NCBI RefSeq assembly: GCF_001194135.2
Contig: NC_068981.1
Location: 6,490,631 to 6,529,939 of the forward strand
Direction of reading: 5' to 3'
Origin: Octopus bimaculoides
Lineage: Eukaryota
Length of the DNA stretch: 39,309 nucleotides
The notes below the pieces were generated by a model. That model was not told the DNA's origin. It worked only from the letters and a program-made list of their open reading frames with translations, and did no database searches. Each line of letters opens with the position of its first letter. Positions within the stretch are counted from its first letter, which is position 1. Below, piece after piece: positions 23,839 through 34,413 of the stretch. The position numbers and the translations under genes were made by a program.

Positions 23839-24487
23839 ATATGGAATACTGCAAACTGAGAAAGGCTGCAAGTCTCTAAACATTATGACTACCAGAATCA
23901 CTAGTGGAATGGTACATCAACTGAAAGTCCGTCGAATCCGATTTGATCTATTAACTGTTTTCAACGAATCTGAGAGACAAGGCTTAAATGCTTCAGTTTT
24001 ATGCATGTTGATGTTTCGCATTGTTATTTTAGAAGTTAAGATTCTTGCCTGATAGACAAACCTAATGTAATTTCATTTTTGTGGTTTAATGTTTAAAATG
24101 TGATTATATTAAATATGTGGCTTCTGCTATAGGTTTATTTAACGTTCACAATGTTAAAATAAAGAAAATGGATTCATTAGATTGTCTATAATGATTTAAT
24201 AAAAGACTGTAGAGTTTAATCGATTTTATTAATGATTAAAATAATTAAACTCAGTTATTGTACAACGACTCTAATCCATTGAAAAGAGGAATGTCTACTA
24301 ATGAATACTAACATTTAATAAAAATGATACAATTCTGGCGTTTAGTGTTGCCATTTAGTTTGATTATCAATTTTATTTAATATAAAGAGTATTGGATCTT
24401 GGAAGTATTCCTTTTATTGAATTAACCTTCGACACGCAGTCATTCAGGTTAAAGACAGTTTAGTAATACAGTAACAGAATATGTGCA

Positions 24488-24707
24488 AAGGTAGCGAGCT
24501 GACAGAAACGTTAGCACGCTGGACGAATTGCTTAACGGTATTTCGTCCGTTTTTATGTTCTGAGTTCAAATTCTGTCGAAGTCATCTTTGCCTTTCATCC
24601 TTCCGGGGTCGATAAATTATTTACCAGTTGCGTACTGGGATCGATCTAATCGACTGACTCCCCACCACCTCAAAACTTCAGGCCTTGTGTCTAGAGTAGA
24701 AAAGAAA
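24488..24707 (+). mobile_element. SINE family A variant with 12-bp TSD
   Basis: Family A head and central domain; AGAATATGTGCA repeated at 24476-24487 and 24708-24719. Confidence 0.88.
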
Positions 24708-25635
24708 AGAATATGTGCAGAATCAATGAATGTCTTGGTAGCTTCCAAGTATTTAGTGTGAGTGTCATGAAAATAAGGGGTTTATTGTGTATGTTACTTT
24801 TGCTACAGAAATGATCAAACCAAGAGAAGGATATCTCTACAAAGATAATCGACTGCTTTATAGTTGATTATCTTTATATAAGACATGTAGTCTTAATATC
24901 GAACGTCCTGTACACACAGTAACCCTTTTAAGAATTGTAAGGGTTTATTGAAGTATAATCGATCGCTATATAGCTAGTATAACGCTGTTGAGTGTGTAGT
25001 TGAATTGAACGGGTCATGTGACTACGTAGAGTCGCTTTACCAGCGATGATGTTTACAAAGAAATACGAATTTTCTTTTGTTATTGTGTCGTGTACAATGG
25101 AGGGACGGGGTGCAGATTCTAGAATTCTTCTCTTTCAATCTAAAAGTAACAACTTGAACTCTTTAAGAATAAAATTTACCCTGAAATAATGCGATCTCAA
25201 TCAACAGAGGTAAAAATGAGATGATCCGGCAATTGTAAAAATGGGAGGTAAATGAGTTATAAAGATAGGAGGCAATTTGGAGGTGGGTTAAATTCAAATT
25301 AGATATCTTCGAAGGAGAATTGGGACCCTGAATGACTATCAAAACTGGAAGCATACTGAATATTTGTGTGTCCTGGTCTCAGACTCCATCCATGATCCTC
25401 TCATCTGACAAACATTTCACAAGGAAAGAAAATTAGATATTAGTGGAAGATGACAAGAAATTATAATTTCGTTTGGAAAACTTTGTTTTTCTGAAAAAGA
25501 AGCTGAGGAGACATTTTGGTTTTCCAGTTAATTATCATAATTATAAAACATCAGAAATTGGTAGGAATTAATGTTCACGGGAGATCAGCGCTAAATAGCA
25601 GGCATAACAAATTTGCAAGAAAAATTCCCCAAAAT

Positions 25636-25661
25636 GGGTTCTGGACTCGAGTCCAGAACCC
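25636..25661. repeat. Perfect 26-bp palindrome
   Basis: GGGTTCTGGACTC-GAGTCCAGAACCC. Confidence 0.95.
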
Positions 25662-27131
25662 GTTTTTCTCGTTTCCAAACTCTTTTTGCCAATTTGTCAA
25701 ACTTAGATTATATAAAATATTCCTCAATAGCAGCAAAGAAACTTTTGCAAACCAAGAAATTTTAGAGAGAAATAAACTTTGAGAACCTAATATTATTCAG
25801 CCAAAAGAGAAATAGCGCCAACCGGGAATTGAAAATAGCAGACTCTACTCAGTAAGACTATAGAATTCACCCATTCTTTAGAATTTGGCATTTTAAGCAA
25901 TGTATAACAAGTGCTTTTTTTTTATCACTTTAAAAATTTTCCGTTTTGTCGCCTTTCATAGAATTTGTTATATATTTTAAAATATAAATTTTTTCTTGGT
26001 AAAGTAGATAAAAATTAAAAGTTGGTAAGCTTTGCTATGCAGTTAGTCCCGTTCCAGACGGAATTCGTTCATTTATATTTATAAACCGAAACAGCAATTA
26101 AAGCTGAAATAACAACGAATAAGAATACAATAGGAGCAAATCAATAATAGCTTTTAAATAGCGGTAATGAAATAAATAATGAGTAAACAGTCATACGAAG
26201 AGAACGAAAAGCAAGAAAAAAATCGTTTATGGTGGCAAAATATATAACGACGAAATTTACAAAATGGCGGCTGTATCTTTGTAGAATTAATTATTACTAT
26301 AACAACATGCTGAGTTGTATCATAGGGAATCCCTTGATATCAGCTCAAGTAGACGGTTTCTCTGGACTCGAAGTATATTTGATAAAAGGCCTCTCACAAG
26401 GGAGTCAAAAGCCAATTCAAGCTATTTGGCATATGCTAGCATTCGTTCATTCTTTCTTTCTCTCTTTATCTCTCCTTTTTCTTTCTCTTCCTTCTTTCTC
26501 TCGGATTTTTTCTTTCATGTTTTCCTCTCTCCTACATATTCCCTCTTCGTCTTCCTCTCGTTTTTCCTCATCCTTCCTTCGTTCCTTCCTTCCCCATTCT
26601 CCTTTCTCTGTCTGTCTGTCTGCCTCAGACTCTCTCTCCCTCTCTTTTCGACATTCCCTTTCCTTTTTTTTATTTATTTATTTCCTTCCTCAGCAATTCA
26701 ATTAGTGGAAAAGACGCATCAATCAACCCAGGTCTCTCTCTAGAGACGAGACCATCAGCCATTGATGATATTAATCAAGAGTGTTGGCGAAGCAAATTGG
26801 AGGGCGAGAAAGAGAGCAACAAAGAGGCGGAGGCGGGCGACATGAAGTGATGAGAGAAGAGGTTACCATGATTATTACGTTTACGTATGAAAGCTAAATA
26901 AGCGTTCAGTGAGTTCTTGATGCCTGTTCTCTTACGGATAATAGAGTTTTCAGCCAGTGATTCACCTATTATTTTATCGCCTTTACACCACGTGGCAAAC
27001 ACCTAATCAACCAACGCCTTTCTTGCTTTCTTGTTTTCGTTCCAATTCCCTACGTTTTACTCTAGCGTTAACACACACACACACATCTATATAAACAGAG
27101 GCAGCAATTACATACATACACACACACTCAC

Positions 27132-27440
27132 ATATTGTATAAAGGATCGTGGGTAAGGCCAAAACAACGCGAAGTAAATGGAAGGTAAATCACAAAATAA
27201 AAATAAAACAAATATGTGAATTAATGTAGACTTACCTTGTATTCAATATTTCGGGGTTATGATCCCATTTTCAAGAAACAATTTTCGGCAACAATCGTCA
27301 ATTTCTTGAAACTGGGATCATAACCCCGAATTATTGAATACAAGGTGAGTCAACATTAATTCACATATTTGGTTTCTTGTGATTTACCTTGGATTTATTT
27401 CGCATTGTTTTGGCCTTACCCACGATCCTTAATACAATAT
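27132..27440. repeat. Long inverted repeat (foldback): ~140-bp arms, 23-nt spacer
   Basis: 27132-27278 is the reverse complement of 27302-27440 (about 90%, one ~7-nt indel). Confidence 0.93.
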
Positions 27441-27551
27441 ATTCTACATAATGCTTCATAGTAATTATTCCATTATAATATANNNNNNNNNNNNNNNNNN
27501 NNNNNNNNNNNNNNNNNNNNNNNNNNNNNNNNNNNNNNNNNNNNNNNNNNN

Positions 27552-27605
<54 letters not shown>

Positions 27606-27739
27606 CGTGTGTGTGTATATATATGTGTATGTGTATATATGAGTTTACATGAGAATGCTTTTATATGTAAAACAATGGAGCCATATGCCGGTGTTTCATG
27701 CATATATTTATATTAAACATAGAGAATTGGCGGTCTCCA

Positions 27740-27930
27740 TGTTCCTGTTGATGCGTTTGTATCACATGGCTGTGTCAGCCGACAACTGACAAAGAGTCGT
27801 GTTCTTTGTGTTATTTGTCCTGTTTTCCATTTGTTTCTCTCGTTGTTTGCGTATTGAACTCATTTGCTTTCGTATTCCATGTTGTTTACTGTCGGTGACG
27901 TCCTGTACCCATATACGCATGTATATATAT
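27740..27930. mobile_element. Interspersed repeat shared with 38985-39168 (unclassified, possibly PLE-derived)
   Basis: Both copies contain GACAACTGA(C/T)(A/G)AAG, ATTTGTTTCT.TCGTTGTT and TGACGTCCTGTACCCATATA.G.ATGTATATATA in the same order. Confidence 0.7.
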
Positions 27931-28061
27931 ATATATATTTATATATAACGTTGACCAATACTTTAATCCCCTGAGATCGCAGATATTATTTCTGAATCTC
28001 TCTGATTCTTTAAATTAGCTCCCTGGTAATAATTCAATATTAATTAATATATGATTTTTTA

Positions 28062-28112
28062 CGACCTCAGCTCTTCAATGCCCTGCCAAAATATTTGAGA
28101 GACCTGCAAGAC
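28062..28112 (+). mobile_element. CR1/L2-group LINE C-terminal fragment running into a gap
   Basis: Translates as RPQLFNALPKYLRDLQD, matching the 'GPxLFNxLPxxLR' motif at the end of CR1/L2-type ORF2. Confidence 0.5.
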
Positions 28113-28738
28113 NNNNNNNNNNNNNNNNNNNNNNNNNNNNNNNNNNNNNNNNNNNNNNNNNNNNNNNNNNNNNNNNNNNNNNNNNNNNNNNNNNNNNNNN
28201 NNNNNNNNNNNNNNNNNNNNNNNNNNNNNNNNNNNNNNNNNNNNNNNNNNNNNNNNNNNNNNNNNNNNNNNNNNNNNNNNNNNNNNNNNNNNNNNNNNNN
28301 NNNNNNNNNNNNNNNNNNNNNNNNNNNNNNNNNNNNNNNNNNNNNNNNNNNNNNNNNNNNNNNNNNNNNNNNNNNNNNNNNNNNNNNNNNNNNNNNNNNN
28401 NNNNNNNNNNNNNNNNNNNNNNNNNNNNNNNNNNNNNNNNNNNNNNNNNNNNNNNNNNNNNNNNNNNNNNNNNNNNNNNNNNNNNNNNNNNNNNNNNNNN
28501 NNNNNNNNNNNNNNNNNNNNNNNNNNNNNNNNNNNNNNNNNNNNNNNNNNNNNNNNNNNNNNNNNNNNNNNNNNNNNNNNNNNNNNNNNNNNNNNNNNNN
28601 NNNNNNNNNNNNNNNNNNNNNNNNNNNNNNNNNNNNNNNNNNNNNNNNNNNNNNNNNNNNNNNNNNNNNNNNNNNNNNNNNNNNNNNNNNNNNNNNNNNN
28701 NNNNNNNNNNNNNNNNNNNNNNNNNNNNNNNNNNNNNN

Positions 28739-28774
<36 letters not shown>

Positions 28775-29193
28775 AATACTTACACCTCCCACACACATAC
28801 CTTAATATAATGAGAGAAAAAAGAACATGGGCTGGAATTCATTACTTCTTTATTTCACCTGTTACACGTATTGCAGTGTTCGGTATCTCATGTTACATTT
28901 TTGGTGCAATCCGTGCATGCATCTCATAAGGGCAGCATGCATAAGCTGGCACATCTTTAGACTGATAAATGAGAAATACAAATATCACACACACATACAC
29001 ACGTACACTCGCGCGCGCGCGCACACACACACACACACCGACATTTTTGAACAATTAGCGTCGACAAAATTTCATTTAGATGATGAGGTTATAGTGATAG
29101 CCACTTGGATAATGTGCCACGCAATGGATTCGATCCCGCAATCTCATTGTTACGAAATGAAATTCTTAGCCAAATAACTATACGTAAGCCTAT

Positions 29194-29373
29194 ATTCTTT
29201 TATTCTTTTATATGTTTCAGTCATTTGACTGCGACCATACTGAACTGACCCCAAGACTTATTTTTTCTGAGCCTATCGGTCTCTTTTGCTGAACCGCTAA
29301 GTTACGGGGACGAAAACACACCAACATTGGTTGTCAAGCGATGGGGGGGGGCGACAAACACAGACACACAAAT

Positions 29374-29427
<54 letters not shown>

Positions 29428-29610
29428 GCACACACACATACGACGGGATTCTTTCAGTTTCCGTCTACCAAACCCATTAACAAGGCTTTGGTCAACTCGA
29501 GGTTATAGTAGATAGCACTTGCTCGAGTTTTTTTTTTTTTTACGCAGTAGGACTGAACCCAGAACCATGTGGTTGGGAAGCAGGCCTTTTACCACAACCA
29601 CTCTTGCCTA
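29194..29610 (-). mobile_element. SINE family C with small internal deletions and an expanded (CA)n
   Basis: Aligns to 16645-17049. Confidence 0.88.
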
Positions 29611-30489
29611 TATAATCAATATTTGTAAATGTTTTCCTCTAATCGTTTTGATAGATTTCTGATAATGACAAAAGGAAACAGATATTGAGGTCAGGGTGCA
29701 GGAGGGGGTATAGTCAATTAAAATCTATTCAGAGATATACCTGGCTCTTATTCTGTCGACCCTAGATGTCGACAATGCTGAGATTCGAACTATAAAAGTT
29801 AAGCGACTTGGTTAAATACTAGAAGACATCTTGCCGGACTATATGTTAATTCGCCAATCCGTCATTTCGCTAAAACTCATTTTTGTCATCAATTTTTGAA
29901 CGAAATTATCTTGCATGTCATTGTATTTCTCCTGTACATCGTCATTTTGATTTAGTTTCGCCTCTAACCTCTTACTGTGCCAGCGAAATAATCCCCTGGG
30001 AAAAGAATACTTTCGACCTATCAAAAAACACAAAAATACACTTTGTTGTTAAAATGAATGGATTTCTTAGTTTCCTCAGTTTCTGTGTCAGCCGAGTGGA
30101 CAGTGAAGTAATCGATCAAGTAATCGATGATGGTTAACAAGAGAGATATTATTTTTGAAATAGTCGAACATGTTGATTGGTGATGGTGTGAATGATAGTG
30201 GAAGTTGCAAGATTAAGTCTGCAGTTCATTGTTCGTTGTTCCGAAATAACAGAGCTGAGTCGTGATAAATGCTTCGAAGCTATCTGTAAATAACGAACAA
30301 CAATAAACGAGACATAATCTATCAATAACAATAGACTGTTTATTACACTATTTTTTTCTCTCATCAACCGACGTTTCTAATAACTTTATCCAAGATTCTA
30401 TTTTTAATGGTGCCAAGTACAAGGAACTCAGTAATCAACGAGATCATTGAAGATATCAATCGCAAGAATTGTAATATTAGCATCATACA

Positions 30490-30535
30490 TTTACACTGAT
30501 GAAATCTTTCATATTTGATTGAAAGCTTTTGTAAA
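30490..30535 (+). ncRNA. Putative minimal type I hammerhead ribozyme
   Basis: TTTACA-CTGATGA-AATC-tttcatattt-GATT-GAAA-GC-TT-(T)-TGTAAA: 6-bp stem I, 4-bp stem II, palindromic AGCT stem III, and one extra T. Confidence 0.55.
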
Positions 30536-30798
30536 ATTTTCATGAAAAAATCTGCTGAAAAAATATTATTTTTTCTAGGAACCCCTGTTACATTATAGAT
30601 ATTTATGTAAAAATATTTTCCTCGGATATGGGAGAATAACTCAGAGCTTTGGCTCTGATCCTCGTGACCTCTTTTAACTATAATTCCAATCCAAAACCGT
30701 TCGTAAAACTCTCATTCTAATTAGAAAATTAATATTTTTAAATATCACAACGTTAGATATTCAGCCTCAGTAATTTGGAGTAAAGATTGTTTGCCAAC

Positions 30799-30980
30799 AT
30801 AACATGGCAGTCCTGGTTCAGGACGAATGTTGCTGTAATTTAGCCTCAGGAGACATCGTCTCCAGCTGGCTATATGACACGATATAAGGACACAGATCAT
30901 GTCGTATAACCAGCTGGAGACGATGTCTCCTGGGGTTAAATTACAGCAGCATTCATCCTAAACCAGGATTGCCATGTTAT
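30799..30980. repeat. Inverted repeat (foldback): 85-bp arms, 12-nt loop
   Basis: 30799-30883 vs 30896-30980: 76/85 identical, no indels. Confidence 0.95.
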
Positions 30981-31390
30981 CTCATTCTAACGTTGTAACA
31001 TAAAGCAAAACCAAATTTAAATAGAAAGCACTTCAATCGTGGGGTTACTGAAGCAACATTTATGATAAAGAATAAGGGCCAAATATCTATTATTTAGAAG
31101 GCAGAATTTAAAATGAGAACTTACATTGGGACGATCATATGAGCCATTCATATAATGCTTATAAATAATTGTAGATGTCTGTGTGACGAAGGTACCAAAG
31201 TTCTAAAGAAGAGTGGTTTTCATTGGATTATACAGAAAGTTTAACCCTACTGGTGGTTTCATGTCATGTGATGAAGCCAGTAGCTGTATAGGACTTGTAG
31301 AGGATTTCTCACTGTTAGAGAGGCTGTCGCGTGTTATTGAGCGATAGCTAAACGGGGATACGTTGAGGCAACAGGTCAAAGTAGTTGAAG

Positions 31391-31612
31391 GTGGCAGTGA
31401 ACTGGCAGAACCGTTAGCACACCAAGCAACAATGCTTAGCATCATTTCGTCCGTCATTACGTTCTGAGTTCAAACTCCACCGAAATCAATTTTCCCTTTC
31501 ATCTTCTCCCGGTGGATAAAATATATCCATAAGATATGTACCAGTCGAATACTGGGATCGAAGTAATCGAATTATCCCCTCATCCGAAATTGCTGGCCTT
31601 GTGCCAAAATTT
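31391..31612 (+). mobile_element. SINE family A variant, diverged
   Basis: GGCAGTGAACTGGCAGAACCGTTAGCAC...TTACGTTCTGAGTTCAAACTCC...GGCCTTGTGCCAAAATTTGAAA. Confidence 0.82.
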
Positions 31613-31771
31613 GAAATCACTAGGTGAAATTCCTCGAAATCTCCAATAGAATCTTAGTAATATTTCAGTAAAGATTATGAAGTGTTCTGAAACGGATTAA
31701 AACTGATTCTCAACCGGGCTCCATATAAGATTTGGACGTTAAAATTTATCTGCAATACATTGTTTATACTA

Positions 31772-32073
31772 CGCGCATGCGTGGCTGTGTGGTAAGAAGC
31801 TTGCTTCTCAACTTCATGGTTCAGAGTTCAGTCCTACTGCGTGGCACCTTGGGCAAGTGTCTTCTACTATAACCTCGGGCCGACCAAAGCCTTGTGGGTG
31901 GATTCGGTAGACGGAAACTGAAAGAAGCCCCTCATATATATATATATATATATAAAATATGTAGTTTTAGGGAAAATAACCAATTATCAAGAACTCATCG
32001 ATGAAAATCCACTATCACATATAGAAAAATTAATAATTAAAAGCACAATAAATGAGTATAATATAAAGTAAAG

Positions 32074-32113
<40 letters not shown>

Positions 32114-32368
32114 TATATGTATGTGTATGTGTGTATGTATGCATATATTTATGTGTGTGTGTGTCTTTGTTTCTGTGTTTGTCCCACTCACCATCACTTG
32201 ACAACCTATGCTAGTGTGTTTACGTCCCCGTAACCTAGCCGTTCGGCAAAACATACCGATAAAATAAGTATCAGGCTTACAAAAAATAAGTGCTGGGGTC
32301 GATTTCTTCGACTAAAAAGGCTGTGCTCCAGCATGGCCGCAGTCAAATGAATGAAACAAGTAAAAGAA
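31772..32368 (+). mobile_element. SINE family C split by a ~120-bp insertion in its internal (TA)n
   Basis: 5' half 31772-31932, (TA)n, unrelated 31955-32075, (TA)n/(TG)n, then 3' half to 32368. Confidence 0.85.
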
Positions 32369-33399
32369 CACTTCATTGCACAAAATATTTTTATTTTTTT
32401 ATAGAATTTTCAATGGTATTTTATAAAAAATACAATAAAATTTATTTTATACTCATCGAATGTCTCTGGGGGCCCAATACAGTAAAATGGGAATCAAAGG
32501 GACCCAGAGGTGACAAATGGCTGAGAAACAACACTGGGTAACAATTTTCAAATAGGGATCTTCATATTTCTACCATCAACGGAGATCATTAGTGAGCAAT
32601 TTCGTTAAGTTTCTCTCTGGGAGACAAAACCTGTTCGTCAGAGCGAACATAAAAGGGGTCTTCTCGAGTAAACAACAAATTGCAAAAGGCAGATCAGTTT
32701 CAAGGCCCTGAATTTCTAGTGAACGCTATCGAGCTTGCTGTCACCTGTCATGTCAGAGTAACCCCTTTCGTTCAGTAGTTGTTCCATGATACACGGTAAA
32801 TATTATGACAATTGTCATCTAACAACAAACTTAAAGAAATGAACATTTTACACCATCGATGACGTCAGCCCTCGTTAGAACTTGTGGCAGCTTCGCTACT
32901 TAAATCGACAGCATTTGAATCATCAAACGTGCTTTTTTGTCTGTGAAAATTTGATTAATGCAGATTAAATCACAAAGTGTTAACAGGTACATACACATAC
33001 ATACACGCACACGCACACACACACACACACACCCAAATCTATATACATACACATATATTCCTATATATATAAATATGCATACATATACATGCATATTTAT
33101 ATATTTGTGTATATATATATATATATATATATATTCGTATATATGTATGTGTGCATGCGTGTATGTGGGTATACACACAAATGTGTTTATACATATGCAT
33201 TCAGATATTGTAGAGAGAGCTAAAGTATGAGAAAGAGAGAGGGGGAGGGAGGGGGATGATAGCTGAGTAAACATATAATCCAATTCCAGAGCAATGTATA
33301 CGGTAGAATGGAAATAATGCTATATTGAGTTTAGGAGAGCAAAATAGATTTCTACATTTCTTCGTTTGAAAAAATAAAAAGAAAGAAATTCTTACTTAC

Positions 33400-33444
33400 C
33401 ATTCCTATATTCTTCCTCGTGGTTTTTGTTTTGTAATCTTTGTT
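33400..33444 (-). CDS. Candidate 45-nt internal exon (QRLQNKNHEEEYRN in phase 1, or NKDYKTKTTRKNIGM in phase 0)
   Basis: Near-perfect minus-strand splice sites TTTTTTTTATTTTATAG| and ATG|GTAAGTAAG; length divisible by 3. Confidence 0.5.
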
Positions 33445-34330
33445 CTATAAAATAAAAAAAATCCATCCGTAATCTGTTATGATATTTTTTCCAATGACAT
33501 ATTGATCATCAACAAATATATTGACCACCAGCTCAGTTCTTAGATATCGACTATAAATAATCCATTTACACAGATTCTTTCATGGGTTAGTCAAGATTTA
33601 AAACTATACTTTGGAGTGTGTATGTATGTATGTATGTATGTATACATGTTTGTATGTAGTAAATTCGTGTTTGCGAGTGCGTATTTCACTTTAGCATCGC
33701 CAGTTTATGATTTCTTTGAAGGAGTTGATGTTATCTTCTTCAGAATCAAATGGTTAAACCCTCGTGACATTTTGAAAGAAATATTCCATTTCGTAGAATA
33801 TTATTGATTTCTTCTTCTCCGAATTAATATAACCAAGGATTTCTAACACAAGCAAAAATATACATATTTTTAGTGGGAGTTGGGTGGGGCAGATTAAGTA
33901 GGCCGCAGTACGTGACCGGCATTATTGTATCGACCCAGAAACATTGAAAATTAAAATCAACCTCGGTGGATTTGAACTTAAATTTTAAGGACTGTAACTA
34001 TCAATGGGCCATTCGTATGGGCCAATCCAATTATGACCAACCTGACTGCATAGTTTCTCTGCTTTTCCTCAACAATCCCTAATATTTAGTTCTTTCCTCT
34101 CAGAAGGTTTGTCCTCTGAAATTAACTTCGTGTTTCCCTACCGCCAAGAGCTGACAACTGTTCACGACCAGCATTTCCCGTGACCAACACACTTGAGGAG
34201 GAAAGCCAAGGATGCGCTCCTTTCTGCCGTATCAAAACAATAAAATAAATATCTGTCTTCTTTCGTTTTCGTATCTTACAATTTAGTGTAAGTCTACAGC
34301 TCTGAATTTATGCCATTATTTATGATTAAA

Positions 34331-34343
34331 TCTATCTATCTAC

Positions 34344-34412
<69 letters not shown>
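34331..34412. repeat. (TCTA)n microsatellite
   Basis: Direct inspection. Confidence 0.95.

Positions 34413-34413
<1 letters not shown>

Noticed and set aside
24805-24870. EGYLYKDNRLL resembling a gypsy pol segment, overlapping a 14-bp hairpin (24841-24875)
   Set aside because: Too short, with no surrounding LTR-element similarity; such hairpins are expected by chance in AT-rich DNA.
26335-26430. Minus-strand LAFDSLVRGLLSNILR resembling the RT 'KAFDS' motif
   Set aside because: The catalytic-context D..K residues are missing and there is no extended similarity.
29854-30020. Minus-strand frame GRKYSFPRGLFRWHSKRLEAKLNQ... after a good acceptor
   Set aside because: No clear in-frame donor, competing alternative readings, and no homology recognised.
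30168-30200. MLIGDGVNDS resembling the P-type ATPase GDGVND hinge motif
   Set aside because: The following residues do not match (no PALxxAD), the frame closes after ~25 codons, and no other ATPase exons were seen.
30896-30980. CTGGAGA-GATG...CATC as a possible HHR in the 30.8-kb foldback
   Set aside because: Neither arm has GAAA correctly placed, and there is no UH cleavage triplet.
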